A stretch of 54,312 nucleotides of DNA, filler included, from Sphacelaria rigidula (GCA_964200075.2; 5 parts of 5 records of this genome joined end to end with filler, not necessarily neighbours in it); one strand, 5' to 3'. Shown: positions 36,201-50,200, counted from the whole stretch's first letter. Program-made: numbers and translations. The notes: generated by a model not told the origin, from the sequence alone.

Positions 36201-38740
36201 GCCTGCTTAGCGCGCTGTCTATCTCGGGCAGCCTTAGCCTCCTCTATGAGCTGTAGAGCCATGGCGACCTACGATCGCGATCACGTGTGCATGCAAAATG
36301 CAGTACATGGGGGTAAAAACGCTTTGTCTTCTTTCACGAACATATTGAAAGTGCACAAGAAAAAATGAAAATACAGGAATATGTAAATATCAATTGAATA
36401 ATCAAGCTGCTTTTCACATGATGGGTGCGCGGTAGTCACCACCGTGTGATCGGAAAAAACATGCTCGGTTACAAAAAGCAACAACTTCAAAGGCTACCAA
36501 GTCATATGCTGTCGCCATGCATACCCTTGTGTCCTTTCAGCGAACACACACACACACACATACACACACACGAGGGGGGAAATGTATTGATTTGATTGAT
36601 TGATTGTCGCACATTAACTGATCTCCAAGATAGTCATGACCCAGTCGTGGTTATCATCCACAAGATAGACGTCACCGAGGTAAACAAAACGGGGACGATC
36701 GCTAAAGAGGAAGAGATGCCGGCAAAACAGAAACATAGAACAAACAAGTACAGTAGACTGGAGAACAAAAAAAAAGAGAAACAGCTGGCTCCTGCAACAA
36801 GGCTTCAGGTGGAACAGGTCTTCCGCACAAAGCACATCCACTCATACCCGCACGAAAAAAAAAAACTCGACGAAACACATTGCGGCTCAAGTATTTCGGC
36901 TATACTACTTTGTAGTGATGTTCGGTACCGCGGTACACGTAATCTTCGGCAACACATTCCAGTCGTCAGTACTCCTTTCCGGAACTCGAAGGGTTTTCTT
37001 TGTTCATTTCTTTGTGGGCCTGTTGAGTCCTTCTGTCCTTCATATGCGCGCATTGTGCTTTATACTTTATACTGCGTTATACTACATACATGGAACAACA
37101 GCAGCATCGCATGCGTGCATAGGCGCCTACGAGCGTAAGTGCATATACCATACAAAAGACACCACCTGTAGAAAAATGGGAGAAAAAAACAAACTACAAC
37201 ATGACATATACAAAGGACGTTAAACACACAACAAATGAAATAAAGATGCCCTTCAACTTCGCGCGGGAATGCTCTGTGCTCCACATTGCTGTCCGAGATC
37301 CTTTGAAAAAAAACGTGTCACGATCTAATCTGCGCATTGGGGCTTCAATCGGCGATACACGCGCTACCCTAGCGGACATTGTGAACCCTGTGGAAACCCG
37401 GGGATCCTTGACCCTCGTCCCCGGTGAATTTGAACGTAGCTTGCGTAGGTAACACTATTCCCTGATGTTTGCCGTGTTACACGTCAGTCGTGTAATCTAT
37501 TTTGCCCAGTAATGACCATTACGGCTACTGGACGCATGAGCTCTCACTCATGAACCCTGGCACGGTTACGACGAAGCATCACGACTACGAATTACCAAAT
37601 CCACGATTTCTTCGGCCTGATTGCCCAAAAGGGAGAAAAAAAAATTGACCTCTGGTCCAAGGGGTATCCACGCAACTTTTGCGCCATTCTACGTGTCTGG
37701 GCTGCGTGAACCTGGGTTGCAACGCTGAAATAAAGCCTAGGGGTTGATTCGTACGATTTGAATCAATTATTTTAAAACCAAGTAGTTTCCAGACGAATCA
37801 TTGATTCGTCCGACCCTTGAACCCTACGGAAACGGGGCACCGAACACACGTACAGTACTCATGAATTGCTAACCTGCCCTTGGCTGATATTTCGGTGGAG
37901 AGCGCCGGTGCCTGTGGGCTGTGCCACGGGTGTACCGTTAGCATTACTGGCGATCTGCATCCTGTCCACGTGACCTTTTCTATTGCCGGTGCCGTAGTGC
38001 TCAGAAAAAGACCTACGGGTTTCCTCCGTTGGCCTCATGCGAGGTCTGGGCTGCAAGTGCGCCGGCAGGCTGTTGACCTGCTTGGTTCAAAATCGCAAAA
38101 CAGAAAGAAAAAAAAAATGAACACAAGGGAAAGGACAGAAATGAAAAATGAAAAGCTTTAAACAACCAACCTATTCGACCAGCTAAAGTGACGATATTTT
38201 TTTCGCCTGTTTTCCCTTCTTTTTTTCTCATCATATCTTATTGCACCATTGTACAGTACGACTGTACTAAAACCATACGTACGTGTGCAAGAACCCAACC
38301 ATCGCTTGTTTTTGCATCCGGACGGACCTGAGGTGAAGAACTTTACATTATACTCACCTCGCCGTCCCAAGGGGTAGCCGCGGACGCCGCCGCGGAAGCA
38401 CCGGAAGGTCCCAGCCGGTCGGGGTTGGTGATCCGGAGCCCCATTGTGCTGCCCATGCTATTTCTGTCCTTCATGTTGGCTTGCGCTGCTCTCTCATCCA
38501 TGCCTCTGCCGGCGGCGCTTGTGTTGGCCAACAATTGGGCGACGACGAGCTCCGCGTTCTGCGATAAAAAAAAAAGAAGGGAATATAATTAAGAGCAAGA
38601 ATTCAGTAAATACAGTCATGAAACAATCAACATAATAAGTTGATTGAAACATAATATAGAAAATATAACATGAATGAATTCATCAATAAAATAAATAGAT
38701 GAAAATAAATCAACATCAATGATGATAATGATAATGATAG

Positions 38741-38783
<43 letters not shown>

Positions 38784-41700
38784 GCCACCACCAACAATAA
38801 TAAGAAATTAAACATAAAATTTCAAAAACACGACACTACATGACAGTTTCGACCACACTCCAAAAATAAAGCAAATCGCCACGCATCATGTGTGCGTTAT
38901 CCTCACGTTCTGAAATCTTCGCATTTACGGGACCGCATCCCGTCCATCCCCCCCACCAGCAGACAGACTCGTTTTCGTCGAACAGAGTTATCCGCGCTTC
39001 AATCGGAGTACCGGCGGCGAGCAAAGAGTCTCTGTATCTTTAACTATTGTCGAGTGACGAAAATTGGCTGACCCTAGAGGGGCCGGGGCCGCCGACATCC
39101 CAATATTATCCCAAGAAGCCAGTTACCACAGCACTGGCTATATTGTACCCCGAGTGTGTCGTTTGTTCTGACCCGGCAGTTATCACATGCGACTGACTGC
39201 TCTGAACCAAAAAAATATGACAAATGTATTGTTTGTGACGCTGCGAACCTACTCCGTCTCATCCGAACCACACTCGGTACTCGGTTCTCGGTTATCGGGA
39301 CCGTTCTTGCCGTTTCTCGTGTAGTGAACCTGCCACCGAACCATCACACGCTGAACCTTCACATGCCGAACCATGCCGCTGAACCATACTGTCAACTCCT
39401 ACTCCCATCCTCTCATCTAACACGTAAGAAAGGGTACTGTAGTATGCGGGACACCTTACTCCAGCGCATATCTCTGCACAACTGCCTCCGAAGACCCCCC
39501 TCGTTTTCAGTGGCGCCTCTAGACACAAGTAATACCATCAGTTGGACATCGAAGTGAAAAACTTTTCATTAATCACAGTACAAGTACAACATTCCCATCT
39601 CATGTGGGGATTAAAAGTGACAGTACTGGAAGGCGAGCCTACATCGGTGACCACGGGTTTGAGAGATCGGGCTGATGTGCGAAAATATTAATAATACGAA
39701 CAATACTGATGAAGAAAAAAGTACCACGGGGTAGCTCCGCCATCCTCCAGGTCACAACTCATCTTTCCCGGGGTTCAAACAAAATCCCAAACTCATCCAC
39801 AACCCAAAAAACAACGACAACCACAGGTATACACAAAATACTGGCGTAGTAGTTTGATTTGGACTGCTGGTGCCTGGTCCTACAGGAGATGGGGAAAATT
39901 GATGTCTCGGGGGTCTTATTCACCGTATCCATGGGGACAACATATCCCGCGTTTGCCGGCTCTAGACCACGATAAAAGGGGTAACTCTGAAAATAATCGA
40001 GTTAGTACGGAAGCATTGAAGCATTAGAAAGAGTAGTAAGTGCGAAAACATTACTTCCCTCCCGCTGAAAGGATGAGAGTTCAAGGGTTAATCGAGTACT
40101 ACAATGGGGTAGTGAAACGAATCAGGGTTCAGTTAAACCTCGGATTTGTGAGGGAAACAAGGCTGGTGAAGTCACAGTAGTACTGGTTGTGCCACAGCAA
40201 GCAACAAATAAGTACGCCCTCATCCCCCCTGCTAAAGGAGGAATTGCGGGACGTGAACGAAGGCGGCATGGAATCATTTAATGCATTAAACAGTGCGGAA
40301 AAAATTGTTTTTTTATACTATGACACACACAGGTGGTGGCCACAGACGGCGAAACAGGACGGGGATAAAGTATGTGAACGGTTTTTGTGATAGTGTATGG
40401 AAAAATCGTAACGAGCACTGAAATGTTGGAGGTGTCTTTATTAGGAGTAGGAACGGTGCTCCGTTTCGAAAGGGATGCGTGGTCAATGGCCAAACGACTG
40501 AGGCAAGCAACAAATCAGTACGCCCCCCCTCCCCCCCCGCCTCCTCATGATCTTGCATGTCGCATGAGTACGATACCGAGTCTCATCACTTCCGTGCACT
40601 AGTGCCCGTGCGGTCGATGGATGTACGCTCTTTGCGGTCGCGGCTTGGGGGATGAAGACAGAGGAGTCATATTTGTGTAAACTGATCGGAAGTCGACACG
40701 AGTTCTGCAACAGCCACATAGATTCACGGACGTAAAATAAATCAACCAAGCATCTTGCTTATAGACTTAGTTATATTCAGCAACATAACATGACATGCCC
40801 GGCAAGTTATCTGCCTCTTCCTCTTGTCCCACTGATGCCCCTCTTGAAGACGCTTATTTTGACCCATAGCACACCTCCGTCAACCCCGGGGATGATGAGT
40901 TATGGTCCCCTGAATCGTATTGACACTTTCCCCGAATAAGGACACCTTTGAGACATTTGAAAAAAATGTGTCCTCGAAGCGGGGTCGACTGTATACCCAT
41001 TACATCGAGTTCATGACCAACCCAAAAGAGTCATCACCTTGCGCGACCCCTCCCCCGGAGGCGACGGAGCCAGCCTCCGGTCAATCCCCCTCGCCGCAGC
41101 GCCATAACCGCCTCGCGATGACCGTTCCCCCGCCGTCCGAGCACCGTACTGACAACAAGTAACAAAAGGGAGAGGGGGCAAAAAACGACAGAAGGGAGAA
41201 GAAGAAATAAATAACACAAGAAAAACAGGAAACATGAAACGCTAGAAAGCGGCAACGAAGCAAAGGAGCAAAGAAAACGAGACAAAAAGGGTGAAAAACG
41301 ACAGCATGAACGAAACATTGTGAAAAAAAAGGCTGCACCCCTCCTACAAACAGGTACACACACCACGAAATTCCACGAAACACTCGAAACAAATCAAACA
41401 AAGCAAACAACTCAGCACTCACCATCGCAGACCCCGATCCTCGATCATCGTAGTAATACGCGCGATCACCACCCGTGCTGTATCTTCTCCTCCCCCCCCC
41501 CCCGCCCCCCCCCCCGTCATCGTCACCGCCGCCGCCGATACGCCCCGAGCCGCCTCCCGAGCTCCCACGCCTCCCATACCCCGACGACGCCCGCCCACCG
41601 CCGCCGCCGCCACCGTAACCCGCGTAGTAGTAAGGGTGCTGCTCCCTGCGGCGATCATCCTCTTCCGTCATAGCCCTCACGTCTCTCTTTCCAGTCGCTC

Positions 41701-42953
41701 CCCCCCCTGCCGCCCTAGACGCTCCCGCGTTGTTGCCCCGACCGTAGCGGTTATTATTACCAGACTGTTTGCTACCAGCATTACCGGCGGCGGTAGCGGA
41801 GGTGGCGGAAGTGGCTGCGGTAGCGGAAGCAGCAGCTGCAGCAGCGGCAGCGGCAGCGGCGGACATTCGGTCGGCGTGGTTGTTGCTGTTTTCTCTAGCG
41901 GCGGCGTGCGCCGCCGCGTTGACAGCCGCATTTGCCGCCGCTGCCGCGGCGGCCGCCGCCGCGCCACTTGGGCGGGGACGGCGGCCGCCTTTGTTGTTGC
42001 CAGAGCCCGCACCACCGGCAGTGGCGGTGGCGGCAGTAGTGCTGGAAGCTCCGACGCTGTCTGCGTTGGAACTGTCTGCTTTTTGTCGACGAGAGGCGAG
42101 AGGGCGGGGAAGGGGGGAGGGGGGGGGTATTCGAAAATGTTCGATTGCTGGGTATTGTGACCGACAGCAACACATCCATGTTACCAAAAGGGGCTTTTTT
42201 TCAAGGCTGACCATTGTTCAAAGCCAATACCTGCTTTTCACGGTGGCAAGTTATGTGCTCTCAGGATAGTAAGACGTTGGTTAAAGTCCAAACACACATC
42301 AAACAAATGGAATAAAAAAAATCACGTGAAGAGTAATCATTTATACAGGTACGGCCTGTTCTGTTCTTTGACACTGAGCGGTTGCCAAGGCCATTGCTTC
42401 TCGGCTGAACTTGATGACACAACCAAACTCGCAACAACAGAAAACAAACGGCCGACGAACTTCCGGCGAAGAAGAGTATTATACTACTTCCTGTTTTGTA
42501 CATCGGCGAAGGTACAGTACAGTACAATACAGTACAGTACATATACACCGAACCCTCTCCGGTTATACTTGAAAACCACACAAACACGCACGCACCGCTG
42601 ACTTTCTTCCCTTGTCTTCGTCCGGCATCTTTCTCCTCAACACCAGCACCGCCAGCATTACCACCAGCACTACCACTACCACTGCTACCGCCGGCACTAC
42701 CGCTGCCGACACCACTACCGCCAGCCGACGCCACCGCCACCGCCGCCGCCGATGACGACGACGACGACGCAGGAGCTGGAGCTGCTGATGAAGCTGCCGC
42801 CACTCCAGCTCCAGTCATATTCATCGGCCCGCTGACCGCAAACCCAGCTCCCTGGCCAGCGGTGGCCTGTGCCGCGTGGCCGGCCAAAGCGCGCGTGCGC
42901 TTAGCTCCGCCCCGGGTGCGCGACGCGCCGGAGTTGGGTGCGGCACTTTGAAC
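33109..42953 (-). CDS. Large low-complexity protein with ankyrin repeats, partial (7 exons)
   Basis: Minus-strand exons 42953-42596, 42075-41423, 41148-41038, 38558-38358, 38077-37874, 36268-35217, 33217-33109, all with AG/GT and compatible phases (1,0,0,0,0,2). Splicing creates the ankyrin signatures GALHRNISQGQ|VAMALQLIEE and LVNEVDK|FGFTPLMLAAS. Both ends lie outside the contig. Confidence 0.8.
34517..34710. repeat. ~95-bp tandem duplication (intronic)
   Basis: tgtccagggtatg...gcagcatt..cgcactccggagactgttgtcg twice. Confidence 0.8.
35217..36268 (-). CDS. Ankyrin-repeat gene exon (Ala/Thr/Pro-rich, 350 aa)
   Basis: gtag|VAMALQLIEEAK...DILLDLVNEVD(K)|gtgagt; GC-rich coding-like composition. 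Confidence 0.85.
36587..36780 (-). mobile_element. RTE-like 3' tail fragment with (CAAT)n
   Basis: Reverse strand reads ccacgactgg...gagatcagttaatgtgcgacaatcaatcaatc, like 15463-15520. A similar tail lies at 33570-33700 (-). Confidence 0.65.
37874..38077 (-). CDS. Ankyrin-repeat gene exon
   Basis: gcag|VNSLPAHL...GALHRNISQGQ|gttagc. Confidence 0.78.
38358..38558 (-). CDS. Ankyrin-repeat gene exon
   Basis: gcag|NAELVVAQLL...PWDGE|gtgagt. Confidence 0.78.
38718..38800. repeat. Compound (ATG/ATA)n-(ACT)n-(ACC)n microsatellite
   Basis: Directly visible. Confidence 0.9.
40228..40545 (+). mobile_element. Degenerate LINE-like 3' fragment with C-rich tail
   Basis: Broken coding-like text (LKEELRDVNEGGMESF...WWPQTAKQDGDKVC...RNGAP) ending caacaaatcagtacgcccccc; its last ~90 bp are repeated at 1-93. 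Confidence 0.55.
41038..41148 (-). CDS. Ankyrin-repeat gene exon
   Basis: tcag|YGARTAG...GEGSRK|gtgatg; phase 0/0. Confidence 0.65.
41423..42075 (-). CDS. Ankyrin-repeat gene exon (Ala/Gly/Arg-rich)
   Basis: NAGNAG acceptor, gtgagt donor; frame of ORF 41081..42214. Confidence 0.8.
42596..42953 (-). CDS. Ankyrin-repeat gene exon (Gly/Ala/Ser-rich)
   Basis: Pyrimidine tract + cag acceptor; gtgcgt donor; frame of ORF 42261..42887. Confidence 0.75.
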
Positions 42954-43090
42954 CTGAGCGGTGGGTCGAGAGGGGAAAGGGAGAGACTGCCTAGTGAGGT
43001 GCAGCAGATGGGTCTGCAGAAGAGTACGTTATGTCCATACATCAGATTTGTATTATATACATATCATCAGTCTTGTAGATAAAGCGCGGG

Positions 43091-43358
43091 GGGACGGAGC
43101 ACGCCGGGTTTTCGCCGAACCAGGCTCGCAGTCAATCACAAAGCGCGAAGCGCCGTGATGTGTTCGCCGAGTCGCACGAAGGGTGAGCTGCATCCTGCTA
43201 ATATTGTTCGGCCCGAAGCATACTTATTATCTTGCACATGGATGACAGTCTCCAATGAACTGTTTTATTTTCTGGCATCGCCACTTCCAGAGACAGTCAC
43301 GGATTCCACAATACCTTATGGGTGTCTCACCATAAGGAGTGGGGGGGGGGGGGGGGGG
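43091..43358 (-). mobile_element. Family B element
   Basis: gggacggagcacgccgggttttcgcc...gggtgtctcaccat + G-run; matches 15975-16214. Confidence 0.85.
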
Positions 43359-43431
43359 CTACTCATTTTTTTTTTGTTTTTTTTTTTTTGCCTTTTTCCC
43401 CTTCTCCCTTTCGGGCGGGGGCAGGGGGGGG

Positions 43432-43531
43432 NNNNNNNNNNNNNNNNNNNNNNNNNNNNNNNNNNNNNNNNNNNNTTAATTAATTAANNNNNNNNNNNNN
43501 NNNNNNNNNNNNNNNNNNNNNNNNNNNNNNN
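43432..43531. other. Artificial contig spacer
   Basis: N44-TTAATTAATTAA-N44. Confidence 0.98.
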
Positions 43532-45242
43532 TGATCATGAGTACACCCCCCCCCCCCGAAAAATACAGGAACGGTTGTTTTTTCGCGAATAGATTTATTG
43601 GTCATTCTATTGCGGACGTGCATGATCTGTAGATTTAAAATCTGGTTCTATTGTTTCCCTTGGGAAATGCAGAAACGATTGTGCTCTTGCAAATATGTTT
43701 CGCGCTGTTCTATTTTTCGGCACCGGTTTCAAAGCCAAGCTCGCGGCCGCGCACGCGAAGAAGAGGTATCATAATGCCATATAGCTTAAACCAAAGCTGC
43801 GGACTCTACATCTCGAATGAGCAATGTCCCAAGCTCAGTTACCCCACACAGCGTGTAGGGAGCTCGAACAAAAATTGAACGTCCAACAACAAATCGTTTC
43901 CGCGGGGATGATCGCTTAGGATCCGTTTTGGGAACTGAAACGTAGAAGCGGGTTCGGAAGACGCCCTGAGATACGACCATCGACACCATGTTTAGATTAT
44001 TTGAAATTGAGCCCGCGTTGCTGAATTGCGCAATCTCAAAATAAGTGATCGCTGGACCGTCGTATCGAAAGTCAGTTAAAATGCCTGAATTTTGTACGCG
44101 TGTGCGCGGTACCGCGTAGACGACAATTCTACGCGCTTTCGTTTTGCTATGGTTTGCTTGATTTGTCGACGACACGATGGAGTGACAATATAGTCTTGGA
44201 AACTCAAGGTGTCTCTGATCCGTTGAATCTCGAGACGAACAGTAAAGTACCGAAAATAGACAAAAAAAAACTAAATTTGAGTGTCTATCTTCATCTGTAT
44301 CTGTTTGAACGCGGCCGAGCTCGTCCTCAACAGAATATTCCCCTGTTCTGTTGATGGCGCTGACAAATCGGGGTGGTGGGTACGGTCCACCATGAGTTAC
44401 CTACAGCAGTGATCAACGCTGCGAGTGTCGTGCTGAAAAACAGAAGCATGTTTTCAAATGAAAGGTTTTGAAGATGAACAAAACCTTAGCAAAAATTGGA
44501 TCATTGTAGGTTAGCCCTTCGCATCCCAACGTTCTTCAAGGCGTTTGTGAAGCTGATTCACCAAGCGGAACTAACACACTAAAAGCGAGCCATTCGTTCA
44601 AGGATCGCGCACCGCCGGGATCTTGGGGTCCTGATACCTGTATCTTGTAGTTCACGCTTTTTCCCGGTTTCAAGTATCCGGGCTTCTCCAGGGCACGCGT
44701 ATTTGGGATATATATGTGCCTGTTTGTCTACACATGAGAGTCGTTCCATGATATTCACCTGGGAAATACTAGTTATGAGCCCTTCGAACAAACGTGATCA
44801 GGAGAAGGGTTGGTAACGCACCTCCGGAGTATCCCTTGCCAAGGGGTGTAATATCGTCTTCCGAGAGACGTTGCGGTGGAATGTTGTCGCACGGGATGTC
44901 ATGGCTGTTACCTTCACCAGCAGACAGGTGAATCTACATGATCTGACGAACGTTACTTCTTCTTTTTTTGCCAAACACGCACTTTCAAAAAGCAAAAGTC
45001 AAGGGGCCAACGTACCGCAGATATAGTGTACAATAGTTTACTTGCGATCGCACACACATTTCAGCTTGCTCTAGTATCGTTGGACAAGTGAGCGCTGCAG
45101 GTGAACGCGGAGGGCAATTGAAGATAATCAGCAGCTTTTTACGGGTATATGATCGTGTTCTCACGTATAGAGTCTGGTCAACATAAGATAGCAGGCATAA
45201 GTGCGTGTTGTTGTCATGCTTTCAAACGTGTGATCGCCGCAG

Positions 45243-45365
45243 ATGAACTCAGAAGTTACCGGAAGACTCAAGGACGCCACTCAAGAGTTCAAGGCTAAGC
45301 TTCCGGTCATAGTCGAACTCGGCAACCCGGCGATGAAGTCAAGGCACTGGCAGAAGCTATTTGAG
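45243..45365 (+). CDS. Dynein heavy chain exon
   Basis: cgcag|ATG...TTTGAG|gtaagg; [23 protein letters not shown]. Confidence 0.9.
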
Positions 45366-47184
45366 GTAAGGGAATATTGCTGCAATAATGGCGTGATGGT
45401 GAAACGTTTTGGGGACGGCTTCGACAGGATGAAAGCACGTTTGTGAAGCATGCTGTCCTTACAGTGTGGTGGAGAAGTTACTTGGGTCGGCGAGCAATGA
45501 ACGCTCCCAATTTCACACAGCAGCTACGTACTCCGTTTTGAAAAAAGGATCATCCCCCAGCACATGAAGGACTGATTACAATGTTGATAACAATAGGGGA
45601 GGTGTTCGTAAGCGATGTTGATGGTTCGACAATCGGTATTGATCGTAAAATTGATCTTGCTGAGAACGGTGTTGATAAGTGAGGGGATACTTTCGAGAAC
45701 ACATCACTGTGGCGAAAGCGCGTTCGTGATAATTTGGTGAAAAATGAATGTGCAAAATGTCGTTAGGGTGTAGAAGAGAGAACACCATACCATGTACCCT
45801 GTTACAAGTGGCTTGGCAATCGTAAGGAACCAGGTTTATCGACATCTATCGACAGTACGGGGGTTCCGTTGCAAAGAATGCTGGCAGGATTCTTGCATCT
45901 GCTACAGACACAACCCAAAGCAACTGCCTGTCAGTACGTGGCCACCGGGGAGCAATCCTACGAAGAAAATATAGCAGTCATGGGTGTATCCGTACGCGTT
46001 GTAATGTCTGTTGTAGGGACTGGGAGTGCAGTCAAGTGAATAGGAATGTTGCTGGCGTTCCGACCTCTGAGTATACTTTCTTCGTTGTTTCAATTGCTCG
46101 CATCGCTCCCTTTCCCCCTCTGTGTGACGCTACTGGTAGTTTGTACTCAGTGATTCGGTTCCAAACGGTGATAGGCTTGACTTGTGAAACCCTCCACCGC
46201 TGGGTCTGAGATTAAATTGTTTCGACCCCCCATAATCCGACGAATTTCGCGATGCCGACGTATGTACATCGACACCAGTGGACACTACGTTTGGATACGC
46301 AAGAGCACGATGACACCGGTAGCATGTAGAATTTTTGTTTTTTCAACATTTTTTGGATATAGGGCATGCCCCCCCGGTCTGCAGTCGGCCGGATGAAAAC
46401 GCATAAACGCAAAGTTGACTTTTTCCATCACTTTTTTCCCCCCCATTTTGTCCATCCCCGAATACCCACCAACAAACTCCTTCTAGGCTATGAAGCAGCC
46501 GTATTTTCCCGACTTGGTCTTCAGCCTGTCGGAGTTGCTGGACAATGGCGTGGTTCAGCACGCCGATTTTATCACCGAGCTCAGCGCCGCTTCCAGCGGC
46601 GAGGCTCAGCTCAAGGAGTCGCTAGTAAACATTAGCAAGGTAAGGAACGAGCCCGGCCAGTTTCGCGTAAACTTCACCCCAGCGGTGAACCACGCTAGCA
46701 TTACCCCGTGCTGAGGCGGCAGACATTTGTTGGAATAGCTTCACGTTTTCTGTTTCGTGAGGTGATCGTAGAGCGAGAAACGGGTTCAACGCGGGTTTTT
46801 GGTACATGTGGTGTCAAGTACTACAAGTGAATCACGCTTAAATTTGCTAGGTTCTCTATGGAAGCGCAGCACACGTACTGTATGACTAGCAACCTCGTTG
46901 TACTGGCTTGCCGTTTTCTTACACATTAGGGTATCGAATCATTCGAGGTGTATTGAGAGTGTTTTCTTCCGTATCCTTCTGCACTCGCTCTCTGTATTTG
47001 TGTCGCTTGCTTCATCTCCGCACGCCGAAGGGGTGGGAGGAGACAGCCTTCACAACACTCAACCATCGTGAGCAACCCGGCGTTTTCATTCTCGGCGCAC
47101 TCGACGAAATTCTCATGGCTCTGGAGGACAACCAGGTGAACAGAAAACTGAAAGCGCTGCCCGAACCAAGTGTGTGCGTGTGTG

Positions 47185-47250
<66 letters not shown>

Positions 47251-50200
47251 TGTGTGCGTGTGTGCGTGTGTGCGTGTGTGCGTGTGTGCGTGTGTGTGCG
47301 TTGTCGTCCCATCTATTCTGTACGCCGGTGGTCTAGACGGTATATGTGGGCGCACCAGCCGGGGTCACACATGAGGAAGGTCAACAGAGGAGTTTTTTTT
47401 TCTTTTTGTTTTAGTTCTCCACCTTCCTTCTGCGGTGCTTACCTTTATTTTTTATCGCGAGAGGGATCCAGCAGCCCCTTCCCCTCGTCGACCGTTAAGT
47501 CGAGTTTTGTGTACCCCCGACATGGTCGCCCTCCACTGTTGGGCATTGTGTCAGAAAAAATCCCAGATTAATCCCATATTCGAACCCGCGACGCAACCAG
47601 CAAAAGGTTTCGAAGTTACGAACTGGGCCACCGTGGCGACCGGCCAAGCGTAACACAAATCTGTATTTGCGCGCTCCTGGTTCTACAACCCTTCCGGCCT
47701 ACCAGACCATTCTCTGCTTCTTGGGAAGTAATTCGCCTTTCATCTTGCTTTGAATGATCTTCGTCTTTTACGTTTCCGATATTGGGTATCGTTATTGCCT
47801 GTTGCATTGCGTAAACTATACTCGTACAGAAGCATCGCTACCGTGTGTGTGCGTGTAAGTACCAAATTCGGCGAAACGTTTCGCCAGCTGTGAGATCTGA
47901 CGCAGCGAACGCCCTGTTGGTTGGCTGTCTCTGTGATCTCTTCACTCCGTCATACCCACTGACGAAATGCAGGCGGAGCTCGTTGCGATCCTCATCAACG
48001 ATTCCTCCACGTAACGTCTGTTTCATCCAGGTTACGTTGCAAACGATGATGGGCTCGAGGTTCATCATGGGCGTGAGAGACGAGGTGAGAGTCCCCGCAC
48101 AGCCTTGAGGCTCACGAATAGTGAGCTTATCAAAGCTCTATCCTCCTACGACTGCGTCAAGATCTGCCCGCATGGTATTGCGGTGCAACAACTGCAATCG
48201 AATGCAACCTACAGCACGCATGCGTACGAAACTAGATGTGATGCCACGACAGTACGTGCGAAAGTGTTTCCTTTCGTGTTTCCTTTTGGACGTTCCGCCG
48301 CTCTTCTCGACAGCTTTCGCAGCTGGGAGTAGTTTCTCAAGCTCACGAGTGGGAGTGGAGTGATGCGACAGAAAAGCATATCGCGGTGTCGGAGCAAGTA
48401 TCACCCCCGTTTGGACACTCTTGCGCATTCAGTATCCTGACACATTTGCAGGGAAATAAATGCGCATGGAATTCCTCTTGTTGGAACAAGCAATGTACTC
48501 GGGATATGCCCGCCAGCGTTGCGGCGTGATAGCGGTGTGGTTGCGCGTGCGAAGGGCGTACGGGCGGCCAACAATAGCATACAGAGGATTACACCATATA
48601 ATAACGCGTACCGTACTCTCGCCGGATCAGTTGATGATAAACATCACGCAATGGGTCGAGACAGTGGTACGTTTAGTGGACCTGCCGCGGCTTGGCCACG
48701 TTTTTCGACCGGTATCACACAAGACATGCCGTGGGCGCGTGAATCTCTGTCCGTGATTGGCAATGCAAACTCACCACGAAACGAACGCCGACAGGTGGAG
48801 GCGTGGGAGAAACGCCTTGCAGTTCTGAGCGAAACTCTCGACGAGTGGGTGACGGTGCAGCGGAATTGGATGTACCTGGAAACAATATTTTGCGCCGAAG
48901 ATATCCAGAAGCAGCTTCCGGAGGAAGCCGCCAAGTTTCAGGCCGTAGACAAAATGTGGAAGGTGATGATAATTGTAAGACGACAGAGAGCCTGTCCTGT
49001 CCCCACGTGCCCGCCGAAAACCGTGGTAGCTTTGCCCACTGCTGTAGCACAACTTTACAATTATTTTGCCGTACAGACAGTCGCTGCAGGATAACCGGCG
49101 CTATGATTTCACCAGACGACTCCCTTCGCCGACTACCCGTACACCAATGGTAGCGGGTGTATTTCTGGCTGTGTAAGCCGCGTCTTTCAGTGTGTCGGTG
49201 TACTCCATATTAATACTTGAAGATAAAGAGAATTTGCTGGGTATTTTTGCTAAAAAAGGACGAAAATGGTGTGGGAGGGGGAGGCGGCCACGGTATACGT
49301 CGGATTAAGACTTACGGTGTTGGATCGCTAGCATGCTCTCCGACTAAAACACCGTCGAACGGACATCAATAAAGAATCCATTCTCGCAGAAAAAAAAATC
49401 TTATGGGAGTGACGGGTTATTCTGTCTAGATCAAGTGGAAGGGAATGAAACGGTGCGATTTTCCCCTACAATGAACTGCACGCAAGAACACCCACCCACA
49501 CCGATGATCGCTGGCGACCATCGTGCGTTCGTGAAAACATGCGCAGGCGACAATGAGTGCTACGAATAGCGACCCTCTGGTACTGAGCTGCATGAGCGAG
49601 GGAAAGAACTACCTGGCCGATTTTCAGGTTAGAGATGACGGCATATCAAGTAAAGGGACTCGGGTTAGATTTTCGTGTACTGTTGTACGCGACGTTCTGT
49701 TGCCAGGGAAGTAGTTCACACAGAATCAGGGCGCCGGTGTTGTTCGCGTAGCCCCCATTGCACGGCAGGGGAAAGCGCAATCGAGTACCAGCGGTAGCTC
49801 AACAGTGAACAACACAGGCAGATACACCATCGGCGCAGGCTCTTAACCTCCCGCCGCCGCCCTGACCACTCCGCCATGTCGGAGACGCGCCGTTAGCTGT
49901 ATACCGGCTAAGACGTGTTTGACGTGAGCACTCCCGTCGACCATCCGCTGTCCTCCGCTAACAAGCAGAGCGCTGACAACGTTGTCGCACTGTCCGAAAT
50001 GGACAGACCTTTTCGCACTACTAAAATGATCTGCAGGGTAAGGAATGTAACACGCAACTTCCACACCCTGTACATCTCCCCCCGTCCGCTGGTAGCACGC
50101 CAACAAGCTACTGGAGGAGATTCAGAAGAGTCTTGAAGAGTATCTCGAGACAAAACGCATGGCTTTCCCGAGGTAACCGAACGCCTAGGCGGACGCCGTC

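Noticed and set aside
35217..36368. 383-aa + strand ORF (also + strand ORFs at 41636-42269 and 42496-42951)
   Set aside because: These are antisense shadows of GC-rich minus-strand exons, which have proper splice sites and ankyrin continuity.
36614..36730. Exon-like DRPRFVYLGDVYLVDDNHDW on the minus strand
   Set aside because: It matches the RTE-like 3' UTR ending in (CAAT)n, and the flanking exons already splice in phase without it.
38880..39031. Tudor/Agenet-like exon (AGTPIEARITL...CWWGG)
   Set aside because: The acceptor phase is incompatible with neighbouring exons, there is no clear donor, and the similarity is only impressionistic.
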